DNA of 51,854 nt from Eubacteriales bacterium (GCA_045538295.1 JAZSRD010000034.1:1-51854), one strand, 5' to 3'. Numbered from the stretch's first letter, positions 17,490 to 26,813 are shown. Notes: a model not told the origin generated them from the letters alone. Numbers and translations: made by a program.

Positions 17490-19877
17490 ATGTATAGTGT
17501 AGTAAAACGTGACGGGCAGGGCGCAGAATTTAATATTTCCAAGATCAGTGTAGCCATTCAAAAGGCTTTTGATGCCACGGGCAGGGATTCCCACCCCAGC
17601 ATTATTGATCTGCTGGCATTAAAGGTAACGGCTGATTTTGAAAGCAAGATAAAAGACGGGAAGATCGCTGTGGAAGATATTCAGGACAGCGTAGAGGCTG
17701 TACTCAGTGAATCCGGCTATGCGGATGTAGCAAAGGCCTATATCCTTTATCGGAAACAGCGGGAAAAGGTGCGTAACTTGAAGACCACCTTCCTGGATTA
17801 TAAATCATTGGTAGATAGCTATGTGAACGTAACCGACTGGCGGGTAAAAGAAAATTCCACCGTTACCTATTCGGTGGGCGGCTTGATCCTTTCCAACAGC
17901 GGTGCCATCACTGCCAACTATTGGCTCAGCGAGATCTACGATAACGAGATCGCCGAAGCACACCGCAATGCAGATGTGCATATCCACGATCTCTCCATGC
18001 TCACCGGTTATTGTGCCGGTTGGTCCTTAAAGCAGTTGATCAAGGAGGGCTTGGGCGGTGTTCCCGGCAAGATCACCTCTGCTCCCGCAAAGCACCTGGT
18101 ATCCCTTTGTAATCAAATGGTGAACTTCCTGGGTATTATGCAAAATGAATGGGCAGGCGCGCAGGCGTTCAGTTCCTTCGATACTTACCTGGCACCCTTT
18201 GTTAAGGTGGACAACCTGACCTATTGGGAAGTGAAAAACTGCATCCAATCCTTTGTTTACGGTGTTAACACTCCCAGCCGTTGGGGTACCCAGGCTCCCT
18301 TCTCTAATATCACTTTGGACTGGACTGTTCCCAACGACCTGAAGGATCTGCCTGCTATCGTGGGCGGTAAAGAGATGGATTTCACCTACGGCGACTGTAA
18401 GGAAGAGATGGATATGATCAACCGTGCCTTCATCGAAACCATGATCGAAGGCGATGCCAACGGCAGAGGGTTCCAGTATCCCATCCCCACCTATTCCATC
18501 ACCCGGGATTTCGATTGGTCCGAAACCCAAAACAACAAATTGCTCTTTGAGATGACCGCAAAATACGGCACTCCCTATTTCTCCAACTATATCAATAGCG
18601 ATATGGAACCCAGCGATGTGCGCAGCATGTGCTGCCGCCTGCGCCTGGATCTGCGTGAACTGCGGAAAAAGTCCGGCGGTTTCTTTGGCTCCGGCGAAAG
18701 CACCGGTTCTGTGGGCGTGGTAACCATCAACCTGCCCCGTATTGCTTTCCAGGCAGCCAGCGAAGAGGAATTCTATGCCCGGTTGGATAAACTTATGGAT
18801 ATTTCCGCCCGTTCTCTCCATGTAAAGAGAACCGTTATCACCAAGTTCTTAAACGAGGGCTTGTATCCCTACACCAAGCGGTACCTGGGCTCCTTCGAAA
18901 ACCACTTCTCCACCATTGGATTGGTGGGTATGAACGAGGCTGCTCTGAACGCCTGCTGGCTGAAAAAGAATCTGACCACTGCAGAGGGTCAGCAGTTTGC
19001 GAAAGACGTGCTGAACCATATGCGTGAGCGTCTTTCCGATTATCAGGAGCAATACGGCGATCTGTACAACCTGGAGGCCACTCCTGCCGAGTCCACCTCT
19101 TATCGGTTGGCAAAGCACGACACCGGCCGGTTCCCCGGCATCATCACTGCCAATATGGACGGCACCCCCTACTACACCAACTCCTCCCACCTGCCTGTGG
19201 GCTATACCGAGGATATTTTCACTGCGTTGGATCTGCAGGATGAACTGCATACTCTTTACACCTCCGGTACGGTATTCCATGCCTATATGGGCGAAAAACT
19301 GCCCGATTGGAAGTCCTGCGCCGATTTGGTGCGGAAGATCGCAGAAAACTACAGACTGCCCTACTATTCCATGTCCCCCACCTATTCCGTATGTAAGAAT
19401 CACGGTTATATCACCGGTGAGGAATATGAGTGCCCCCACTGCGGCGAGAATACCGAGGTTTACAGCCGGATCACCGGTTACTACCGCCCCGTTCAGAACT
19501 GGAACGACGGTAAGGCGCAGGAATTCAAGGATCGTAAACTCTACAGCCAAAGAATTGCTGCCACCAAAGTACCCCAGTATCATGGCTGCGGTTGCGGCTG
19601 CAATGATGCCGAGCCGGAAGTGGTAGGCGGCAACAGAGTAATGCTCTTTACCACCAAAACCTGCCCCAACTGTAAGATGGCTGCCGCCATGCTGGACCAG
19701 GCAGGTATTGCCTATGAAAAACTGGATGCAGAAGCACCCGAGAACCGTTCTTTGGTAGATGCTTACCAGATCAATAAGGCTCCCACCTTGATCGTGGAGA
19801 CCAATGAGGGAATCGAGAAGTTGACCAATGCATCCGAGATCCGCAGCTATACAAAGAAGGTAAACGTGAATGTATGA
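17490..19877 (+). CDS. nrdD: Class III (anaerobic) ribonucleotide reductase with N-terminal ATP cone and C-terminal glutaredoxin/NrdH-like domain
   Basis: VVKRDG ATP cone, IHDL, GYCAG, SMCCRL, Zn site CKNH...CPHC, glycyl loop SRITGYY; C-terminal FTTKTCPNC domain. Confidence 0.93.
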   Translation: MYSVVKRDGQGAEFNISKISVAIQKAFDATGRDSHPSIIDLLALKVTADFESKIKDGKIAVEDIQDSVEAVLSESGYADVAKAYILYRKQREKVRNLKTTFLDYKSLVDSYVNVTDWRVKENSTVTYSVGGLILSNSGAITANYWLSEIYDNEIAEAHRNADVHIHDLSMLTGYCAGWSLKQLIKEGLGGVPGKITSAPAKHLVSLCNQMVNFLGIMQNEWAGAQAFSSFDTYLAPFVKVDNLTYWEVKNCIQSFVYGVNTPSRWGTQAPFSNITLDWTVPNDLKDLPAIVGGKEMDFTYGDCKEEMDMINRAFIETMIEGDANGRGFQYPIPTYSITRDFDWSETQNNKLLFEMTAKYGTPYFSNYINSDMEPSDVRSMCCRLRLDLRELRKKSGGFFGSGESTGSVGVVTINLPRIAFQAASEEEFYARLDKLMDISARSLHVKRTVITKFLNEGLYPYTKRYLGSFENHFSTIGLVGMNEAALNACWLKKNLTTAEGQQFAKDVLNHMRERLSDYQEQYGDLYNLEATPAESTSYRLAKHDTGRFPGIITANMDGTPYYTNSSHLPVGYTEDIFTALDLQDELHTLYTSGTVFHAYMGEKLPDWKSCADLVRKIAENYRLPYYSMSPTYSVCKNHGYITGEEYECPHCGENTEVYSRITGYYRPVQNWNDGKAQEFKDRKLYSQRIAATKVPQYHGCGCGCNDAEPEVVGGNRVMLFTTKTCPNCKMAAAMLDQAGIAYEKLDAEAPENRSLVDAYQINKAPTLIVETNEGIEKLTNASEIRSYTKKVNVNV

Positions 19878-20766
19878 TGCAATAATCATCGGCGGCGGAA
19901 CCGCCGGTATGACAGCCGCCATCTACCTGCTCCGTGCAGGTAAAAAGGCGCTGCTGTTGGAATCTACTGCCCTGGGCGGTCAGATCACCGCCTCTGCCCG
20001 GATCGAGAACTTCCCCGGCTTATTCGGTATTAGCGGCGTGGAATACGCCGATAAACTGGCAGAGCAGGTATATCAGTTTGGCGGGGAGATCGAGCCGGTG
20101 GAAGTAAACGGTGCCGTTTATGAAAACGGCGTGTTTACCGTAACCACCACCGACGATGATCGCTACCAAGCAAAAACAATCATTTTGGCCACCGGCGCCG
20201 CCCACCGCCATTTGGGGGTGGAGCGGGAGGAGACCCTTTCGGGGGTTTCCTATTGCGCCGTGTGCGACGGTGCCTTTTATAAAGGTAAGGATGTGGCTGT
20301 TGTGGGCGGCGGTAACGCTGCAGTGCAGTCGGCATTATCCTTGGCAGAACTTTGCAACCATGTTACTCTGATCCATCGGCGGGAGGGATTTCGCTGTGAG
20401 CCGGTCTTGCTGGAACGCCTTAAAAAGGTGCAAAACGTAACCATTCGCACCGGGGGTGTGGTAAACGCCTTGCTGGGCGAGGATCACTTGAGCGGGCTGG
20501 AACTGCGGTTTGGAGATGAAACCGAAACTATAGCAGTGGACGGCTTGTTTGTGGCGGTGGGTCAGCAGCCTGCCAATGAGCCGTTTAAGGATCTGGTAAA
20601 ACTGAATGAGCAGGGCTATATCGTGGCAGGGGAAGATTGTATCACCACTGCGCCCGGTGTTTTTGCTGCCGGCGATTGCCGTGAAAAAACCGTACGCCAA
20701 CTGGCAACTGCTGCCGGCGACGGTGCGGTAGCGGGGCTTGCGGCCTCCGCTTATTTAGATAACTAA
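19870..20766 (+). CDS. trxB: Thioredoxin reductase
   Basis: GGGTAG, ENFPG, SYCAVCDG redox motif, GGGNAA, FAAGDC; overlaps nrdD stop. Confidence 0.92.
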   Translation: MYDAIIIGGGTAGMTAAIYLLRAGKKALLLESTALGGQITASARIENFPGLFGISGVEYADKLAEQVYQFGGEIEPVEVNGAVYENGVFTVTTTDDDRYQAKTIILATGAAHRHLGVEREETLSGVSYCAVCDGAFYKGKDVAVVGGGNAAVQSALSLAELCNHVTLIHRREGFRCEPVLLERLKKVQNVTIRTGGVVNALLGEDHLSGLELRFGDETETIAVDGLFVAVGQQPANEPFKDLVKLNEQGYIVAGEDCITTAPGVFAAGDCREKTVRQLATAAGDGAVAGLAASAYLDN

Positions 20767-20767
20767 A

Positions 20768-20803
20768 GCAAATAGAGCAAGGAAACTCCTTGCTCTATTT
20801 TAC
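20768..20803. repeat. 36-bp direct repeat copy 1 (terminator hairpin; probable target-site duplication)
   Basis: GCAAATAGAGCAAGGAAACTCCTTGCTCTATTTTAC, identical to 21195-21230. Confidence 0.9.
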
Positions 20804-21194
20804 AGACTGTCAAAAAAGTCCCCGACCGCAGAAAATAGAAGAAAGCAAACGGATCGTGCCAATCAATAAATCAAGAAGGAGAAAGATGTATCATTCTTTC
20901 TCCTTGTTTTCTTTAAAAGGAAAAAATCCGCATAGTAATGCGGATTTCATTGGAATTTTCTGCTATCCGCCAAACCGCCCTCTACCGTGCGTCGAAACCA
21001 AAGGAAGCCGCTTCATTCTGCTGAACGCAGAAAATTCGCTCATTCCATTGGTTTCTCCTTATCCCCAACAAAACTTAGTTTTGCCGGGGTGCCCCGAAAG
21101 TACGCCGACGAGACCGGTTTGACGAATTCGGAAACATTTTTGAGAGTCTCATCAGCGTGTCAAAGATGATAAAATAAAGTTCTTTGACACGCTG
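20803..21194. mobile_element. Non-autonomous MITE-like insertion (about 390 bp) with terminal inverted repeats
   Basis: Left end CAGACTGTCAAAAAAGT; matching TTTTTGAGAGTCTC ending at 21150; second IR pair CAGCGTGTCAAAGA 21153-21166 / TCTTTGACACGCTG 21181-21194; flanked by 36-bp direct repeats; no transposase. Confidence 0.7.
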
Positions 21195-21230
21195 GCAAAT
21201 AGAGCAAGGAAACTCCTTGCTCTATTTTAC
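21195..21230. repeat. 36-bp direct repeat copy 2
   Basis: Exact copy of 20768-20803. Confidence 0.9.
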
Positions 21231-21277
21231 TTTTTATGATATGATTTTAATATATGAATCTTTGGAGATAATAAGGA

Positions 21278-21922
21278 ATGGAAAAAAGTTATTTTGTGCC
21301 GGCGGGGCGTTGCCGCACGGAATTTGTGGAACGAAAAAGCCGGTTCATTACCACCATCTGCCGGGTGGGAACGGTGGAAGAGGCGGAAGCCTTTCTGGCG
21401 GAAATTCGGGCAGAATTTCCCGATGCTACCCATAATTGTGCCACTTACCGTATCAAGGATCCCTTGGTGGAGCGCTTTTTTGATGACGGCGAGCCAGGCG
21501 GCACCGCCGGCATGCCTATGCTGGATGTATTAAAAAAACAAAATCTATTCGATGTGGCAGTAGTGGTGACCCGCTATTTCGGCGGCATTCTGTTGGGTGC
21601 CGGCGGCTTGGTGCGTGCCTATTCCAAAGGCGCTGCCGACGGTGTGGCAGAAGTGGGCACTGCCTTAATGGAGCCGGGGATACGCCTGAGGATCACCTGT
21701 GCCTATGCCCTTTATGATCGCCTGCAACGGATGCCGGAGCTGCAGCGGGCAGAGATCCTTGGCACCGATTTCGGTGCGGAGATCGCCGTGGAACTGATCC
21801 TGCGAGCGGCAGAGGTGGAAACACTCACTGCCGGCCTTGCCGATCTTTCGGCAGGCACCGCAGTGATTACTTGTTTGGAAGAACTTTACCATCCTTTTAA
21901 AATCGTTGAAACGAATTGTTAA
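21278..21922 (+). CDS. yigZ: YigZ/IMPACT family protein
   Basis: KSRFI, ATHNC, DDGEPGGTAG, VVTRYFGGILLGAGGLVRAY. Confidence 0.92.
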   Translation: MEKSYFVPAGRCRTEFVERKSRFITTICRVGTVEEAEAFLAEIRAEFPDATHNCATYRIKDPLVERFFDDGEPGGTAGMPMLDVLKKQNLFDVAVVVTRYFGGILLGAGGLVRAYSKGAADGVAEVGTALMEPGIRLRITCAYALYDRLQRMPELQRAEILGTDFGAEIAVELILRAAEVETLTAGLADLSAGTAVITCLEELYHPFKIVETNC

Positions 21923-22000
21923 CAAATTCTTCATCCATTTTAATGAAGGAAATATTATACTGTTTTTAGAGATCTTATGTAAAAAGAGAGGTTCTTAAAC

Positions 22001-22684
22001 ATGAGCAGAATTTTGGTCGTAGACGATGAACAGAATATTTGTGAACTACTCACACTATATTTGGTCAAAGAAGGTTATACCGTGGAAACCGCCGGCGACG
22101 GAGAGGAAGCGATGCAAAAATTCGGTACCTTTAACCCCGACTTGATCCTGCTGGATATTATGCTGCCTAAAAAAGACGGTTGGCAGGTGTGCCGTGAAAT
22201 TCGTCAAAGTTCCAATGTGCCTATTATTATGCTCTCGGCAAAGGGGGAAACCTTTGATAAAGTGCTGGGGCTGGAGCTGGGGGCCGACGATTATGTAACC
22301 AAACCCTTTGATTCCAAAGAGGTAATGGCACGGATCAAAACAGTGCTTCGTCGGATCGGACATGCTACCGAAGACTCCCGCCAGGAGGTGGAGTATCAGA
22401 ATCTATATGTTTCCCTTACTAATTATAAATTAGTGGTAGGCGGCAAGCAGGTAGACGCTCCCCCCAAGGAGATTGAATTGCTTTATCATTTGGCAAAGAA
22501 CCCCAACCGTGTATTCACTCGGGACCAACTGTTGGATGAAATTTGGGGGTTTAAGTATTTCGGCGATTCCCGCACGGTAGATGTGCATATTAAGCGGATC
22601 CGTGAAAAACTGGAAGGGGCGTCCGACCGTTGGGCGATCCGTACCGTATGGGGAATCGGTTACAAATTTGAAACGGTGGAATAA
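22001..22684 (+). CDS. OmpR/PhoB family response regulator
   Basis: VVDDE, LLDIMLP, GADDYVTKPF, RTVDVHIKRIR, TVWGIGYKF. Confidence 0.95.
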   Translation: MSRILVVDDEQNICELLTLYLVKEGYTVETAGDGEEAMQKFGTFNPDLILLDIMLPKKDGWQVCREIRQSSNVPIIMLSAKGETFDKVLGLELGADDYVTKPFDSKEVMARIKTVLRRIGHATEDSRQEVEYQNLYVSLTNYKLVVGGKQVDAPPKEIELLYHLAKNPNRVFTRDQLLDEIWGFKYFGDSRTVDVHIKRIREKLEGASDRWAIRTVWGIGYKFETVE

Positions 22685-24100
22685 GTGCATAAACGAATAT
22701 TTTTTCGATATTTTAATGCTTGTGCGCTGATCATTTTAATGATCGTGTTTCTGCTGGGTACCGCCACCACAGCGGTGTATACCCTGCAAAGCGTGCGGGA
22801 GCAGGACCGCAACATGGAAAATGCTGCCAATAAGGTGGCGTCTATGTTGGAGGGGGTGCCTGCAAATTATAACGCCTTTGTGGGTACCATCATGAAAGGT
22901 TCTATTGATACCGTTAAAGAAACCCTGGAATGCGATGTGGTGATCGTAAACCGATGGGGCTCCGTGGTGCAGAGCACCTTGGAGCCAACGATTACGGCAG
23001 ACCCGCCGCAGGCTGCTGTGGATGCGGTACTGGCGGGCAATACATACCGCCGGCAGAGTGTGTTTATCAGCGCATTGGGGAATTCCTATACGGTGGGGGT
23101 TCCCATTTATAACGGAGAAGAAGTTACCGGCTGTGTGTTTGTAACGGCACGCCAGCTGCGGGTCAACACCGCCATGCGGGGGATTTTATTCACCTATTTG
23201 ATCTGTGGGCTTAGTGTGCTGTTGTTTGCCTTTGTGCTGCTTTATTTTATTACCCGGCAGATCACCCGCCCCTTAAACGAAATGTCCAAGGCTGCCCGTG
23301 CCTATGCCAACGGAGATTTTTCCCTGCGGATCAGCGAAGCGCCGGAGGGGGAACTGGGGGATCTGGCCACCACCTTTAATCAGATGGCAGATAACCTGGA
23401 TCGCCTGGAAACCATGCGGCGGGGCTTTATTGCCGATGTATCCCATGAACTGCGCACGCCCATGACCACCATCAGTGGATTTATCGATGGGATTTTAGAT
23501 GGCACCATTCCGAAGGAATTGGAGCAAAAGTATCTGCTTTTAGTTTCCGAAGAGGTGCGCCGTCTATCCCGCCTGGTTAACACCCTGCTGGATGTGGCAC
23601 GGATCCAATCGGGGGAGATCTCCTATCAAATGCAGCCCTTCGCTCTAACCGAAGTGGTGCATCGGGTAGTGCTCACCATGGAGGATCGGATCCAGGATGC
23701 CAAGATCCGGCTGGATCTGCACCTGCCGGAAGAGGAAGCTTATGCCATGGGGGATCGGGATGCTATCTATCGGGTGCTGTATAATCTAATGGATAACGCC
23801 GTGAAGTTTACTCCCCAAGAAGGTGAGATCACGGTGGGGATGCACCGCAAAGCCGGAAAATGGATGGTAGCAGTGCGCAATACCGGCGTTGGGATCCCGG
23901 AGCAGGAAGTGGGGCGTATCTTTGAACGTTTCTATAAAACCGATAAAAGCCGGGGCGAAAACCGCAAAGGTGTTGGCTTAGGCTTGTATATGGTTCGTAA
24001 TATCATCAGTGCCCACGGCGAGGATCTTTTCGTTACCTCAAAAGAGGGAGATTTCGCAGAGTTTGCCTTTTCGCTGAAAGAAGCACAGGAGCTATTATAG
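22685..24100 (+). CDS. HAMP-domain sensor histidine kinase
   Basis: Two TM segments, HAMP, SHELRTP H-box, NLMDNAVKF, GLGLY. Confidence 0.95.
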   Translation: MHKRIFFRYFNACALIILMIVFLLGTATTAVYTLQSVREQDRNMENAANKVASMLEGVPANYNAFVGTIMKGSIDTVKETLECDVVIVNRWGSVVQSTLEPTITADPPQAAVDAVLAGNTYRRQSVFISALGNSYTVGVPIYNGEEVTGCVFVTARQLRVNTAMRGILFTYLICGLSVLLFAFVLLYFITRQITRPLNEMSKAARAYANGDFSLRISEAPEGELGDLATTFNQMADNLDRLETMRRGFIADVSHELRTPMTTISGFIDGILDGTIPKELEQKYLLLVSEEVRRLSRLVNTLLDVARIQSGEISYQMQPFALTEVVHRVVLTMEDRIQDAKIRLDLHLPEEEAYAMGDRDAIYRVLYNLMDNAVKFTPQEGEITVGMHRKAGKWMVAVRNTGVGIPEQEVGRIFERFYKTDKSRGENRKGVGLGLYMVRNIISAHGEDLFVTSKEGDFAEFAFSLKEAQELL

Positions 24101-24110
24101 GAGGATTTTC

Positions 24111-25535
24111 ATGGAAGAATGGAACATCAATAACCTGCCGGAAGAGGAAAATCGACAGGGACCGGAGCAACCGATGCAGGAAACGCCGGCACAAGAAGAA
24201 CCGGTGCCGGAGCAAGAGCAATCAACTCCAGAGCAACCGACGCAGGAGCAGCCGCCTCAATGGCAAGCACCTTATCAAAATGCGGGGCAGGGGGGCTATA
24301 CCTACCAAAATCCAAATCCCTATCAGTATGTGGGCGGTTATCCTTATGGGGTGGCACCTAAAAAGAAAAAAAACACTGCAGTGATCGTGGTGGCGGCGAT
24401 TGCCGCCGGGCTAATGCTCATTTGCTGCGGCTTAATTGCGGCGGCAATGATCTTTGGCTTTAACGGTTCAGTGGAACTCCCCAAGGATGAAAGCGGCGTG
24501 ATCGCCGGTTTTGGCAACAAAAACGAAGAGAAAACTGAGCAAGACTCCCAGGGCGGCAACGCCCAACGGGATGAGGATGCAGTTTATAATATGCCGGAGA
24601 TCACCACCGAAGAAAAAAGCGGAGATGAACTCACCATCGCCCAGATCAACAAAAAGGTAAAAAACAGCGTGGTGGGCGTTTTGGTCACTTCGAAGGAAGG
24701 CGAAGAATCGGCATTTTCCGGCTCCGGATTTATTATTAGTGAAGACGGCTATATTATGACCAACGATCATGTGGTTGAGGGTGCTCTGCAGGTACGGGTG
24801 ATGCTCAGCGACGGCATTACCGAATACGATGCAGTGATCGTGGGGGAGGATGAACGGTCGGATATTGCTATTTTGAAAGTGGATGCCACAGGTCTTACTG
24901 CTGCCGAACTGGGCAACAGCGACGGGTTGGAAGTGGGAGAAACAGTGGTTGCCATCGGCAATCCATACGGATTAGAACTGTTTGGCACTGTGACCGATGG
25001 CATTGTTTCGGCACTAAACCGTAAGATCGCCGTAAACGGCTCCTTTATGACCCTGATCCAAACCAACGCCTCCATCAACCCCGGCAACAGCGGCGGTCCG
25101 CTGGTGAATGCCTACGGCCAGGTGATCGGTGTTACTTCCTCCAAATTGGTGGCAACGGATTTTGAGGGGATCGGCTTTGCCATTCCTATCAATGCGGCCG
25201 CCTCCATTACTGAAGAATTGATTACCTACGGTTATATTAAGACCCGTGCCTACATCGGTATTCAGGGCAGTGATCTTACCAAAGCCTATGCGGAATACCA
25301 CGGCCTGCCTCAGGGTGTTTATGTGGCTTATGTGGATCCGAAATGTGATGCCGCTGCCAAGGGCTTAAAAGAAGGGGATGTGATCGTGGGCTTCAACGGT
25401 AAAGAGATCACCTCCATGGCAGAACTCAACGATCTGAAGGATTCTTATCATCCCGGCGACACGGTAACCATTTCCGTGTGGCGGGAGGGCAAAAACGCCG
25501 AGATCTCAATTACTTTAACGGAAGCAAGTCAATAA
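24111..25535 (+). CDS. htrA: HtrA/DegP family membrane-anchored serine protease with PDZ domain
   Basis: TNDHVV, DIAIL, INPGNSGGPL triad motifs; Gln/Pro-rich N-terminus, one TM, C-terminal PDZ. Confidence 0.93.
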   Translation: MEEWNINNLPEEENRQGPEQPMQETPAQEEPVPEQEQSTPEQPTQEQPPQWQAPYQNAGQGGYTYQNPNPYQYVGGYPYGVAPKKKKNTAVIVVAAIAAGLMLICCGLIAAAMIFGFNGSVELPKDESGVIAGFGNKNEEKTEQDSQGGNAQRDEDAVYNMPEITTEEKSGDELTIAQINKKVKNSVVGVLVTSKEGEESAFSGSGFIISEDGYIMTNDHVVEGALQVRVMLSDGITEYDAVIVGEDERSDIAILKVDATGLTAAELGNSDGLEVGETVVAIGNPYGLELFGTVTDGIVSALNRKIAVNGSFMTLIQTNASINPGNSGGPLVNAYGQVIGVTSSKLVATDFEGIGFAIPINAAASITEELITYGYIKTRAYIGIQGSDLTKAYAEYHGLPQGVYVAYVDPKCDAAAKGLKEGDVIVGFNGKEITSMAELNDLKDSYHPGDTVTISVWREGKNAEISITLTEASQ

Positions 25536-25537
25536 AC

Positions 25538-25573
25538 TACCCCTCCCTCCGAACAGCGGAGGGAGGGGTATTT
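25538..25573. terminator. Intrinsic terminator after htrA
   Basis: TACCCCTCCCTCCG-aacag-CGGAGGGAGGGGTA-TTT. Confidence 0.75.
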
Positions 25574-25690
25574 CCGTATAAAATAGCAAAATCAATGGGG
25601 CAGAGGGTTTAAATTTTGGCGATTTTTGACCTTGTGTAGCAGAAAATGGCGTGATAAAATTATACCAATATCATATTAGGAGGAACGGAT

Positions 25691-26731
25691 ATGGAAAAGT
25701 TTAAGGCTTTTTTACAACGGAAAGATATTGAGTTATCTTGGAAGCGCTATTTTATCGACGCTTTGGGCGCCATGGCGCAAGGTTTGTTTTGTTCGTTGCT
25801 GATCGGTACAATTTTGGATACTCTTGGGGATCTTACCGGTTGGAATTTTTTGGTGCAGATCGGTCAATATGCATCTGCCATGTCCGGTCCTGCCATGGCA
25901 ATCGCTATCGGTTATGCATTAAAGGCACCCAATTTGGTGCTCTTTTCTCTGGCGGCTGTAGGTAGTGCCGCCAATGGTTTGGGCGGTGCGGGCGGTCCTC
26001 TTGCTGTGTTGGTGATCGCTATTGTTGCCGCCGAGTGCGGCAAACTGGTTTCCAAAGAAACCAAGGTGGATATTTTGGTGACCCCCTCTGTTACCATTTT
26101 TGTGGGTGTTGCTCTATCTGCGGGTATTGCCCCCTACATCGGCAAGGCTGCCAGCGCTTTTGGCGGGCTGATCATGCGTGCCACCGAGCTGCAACCCTTC
26201 CTTATGGGCATTTTAGTTTCTGTATTGGTGGGCATAGCCTTAACATTGCCTATCTCCAGTGCCGCTATTTGTGCCGCATTGGGGCTTACCGGCCTGGCAG
26301 GCGGTGCCGCCGTTGCCGGCTGCTGTGCCCAGATGGTGGGCTTTGCGGTTATGAGCTTTCGGGAAAACCGCTGGGGCGGTTTGGTTTCCCAGGGTCTTGG
26401 CACCTCTATGCTGCAAATGGGAAACATTGTGCGCAATCCTCGCATTTGGATCGCCCCCATTGTGGCATCGGCGATTACCGGCCCCTTGGCAACCTGCTTG
26501 TTTAAATTGGAAATGAACGGTCCCGCCGTTTCCTCCGGCATGGGCACCTGCGGTCTGGTGGGTCAGATCGGCGTTTACACCGGTTGGGTGGAAAGCGGCG
26601 TTGCCATTACCGCAATGCATTGGATCGGCTTGATCCTGATCTGCTTTGTGTTGCCGGCGATCCTGTGCTGGGCAGGCGGTTTGCTGCTGCGAAAGATCGG
26701 CTGGATCAAAGAGGGCGACTTGAAACTTTAA
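25691..26731 (+). CDS. PfoR-like / PTS EIIC-2 family membrane protein
   Basis: ALGAMAQGLFCSLLIG, LTLPISSAAI, GLGTSMLQ, SGMGTCGLVG; preceded by TTGTGT-N17-TAAAAT promoter and AGGAGG RBS. Confidence 0.85.
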   Translation: MEKFKAFLQRKDIELSWKRYFIDALGAMAQGLFCSLLIGTILDTLGDLTGWNFLVQIGQYASAMSGPAMAIAIGYALKAPNLVLFSLAAVGSAANGLGGAGGPLAVLVIAIVAAECGKLVSKETKVDILVTPSVTIFVGVALSAGIAPYIGKAASAFGGLIMRATELQPFLMGILVSVLVGIALTLPISSAAICAALGLTGLAGGAAVAGCCAQMVGFAVMSFRENRWGGLVSQGLGTSMLQMGNIVRNPRIWIAPIVASAITGPLATCLFKLEMNGPAVSSGMGTCGLVGQIGVYTGWVESGVAITAMHWIGLILICFVLPAILCWAGGLLLRKIGWIKEGDLKL

Positions 26732-26746
26732 TTGAATTAATTTGAT

Positions 26747-26783
26747 ATAAAACACCTCATTTTTTGGGGTGTTTTATTTTTTT
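26747..26783. terminator. Intrinsic terminator
   Basis: ATAAAACACCTCA-ttttt-TGGGGTGTTTTAT plus T-run. Confidence 0.75.
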
Positions 26784-26813
26784 GTAAAATTTATATTTTT
26801 TCATAAAATACTA

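Noticed and set aside
20790-21169. ORFs of 110 aa and 60 aa inside the insertion as a possible transposase or toxin
   Set aside because: Start inside the terminator hairpin or lack an RBS; no DDE, HUH or HTH motifs
20768-21230. Two identical 36-bp palindromic repeats as a minimal CRISPR array
   Set aside because: Intervening sequence is about 390 bp rather than 30-40 bp, only two copies, no cas genes; the repeat is the trxB terminator
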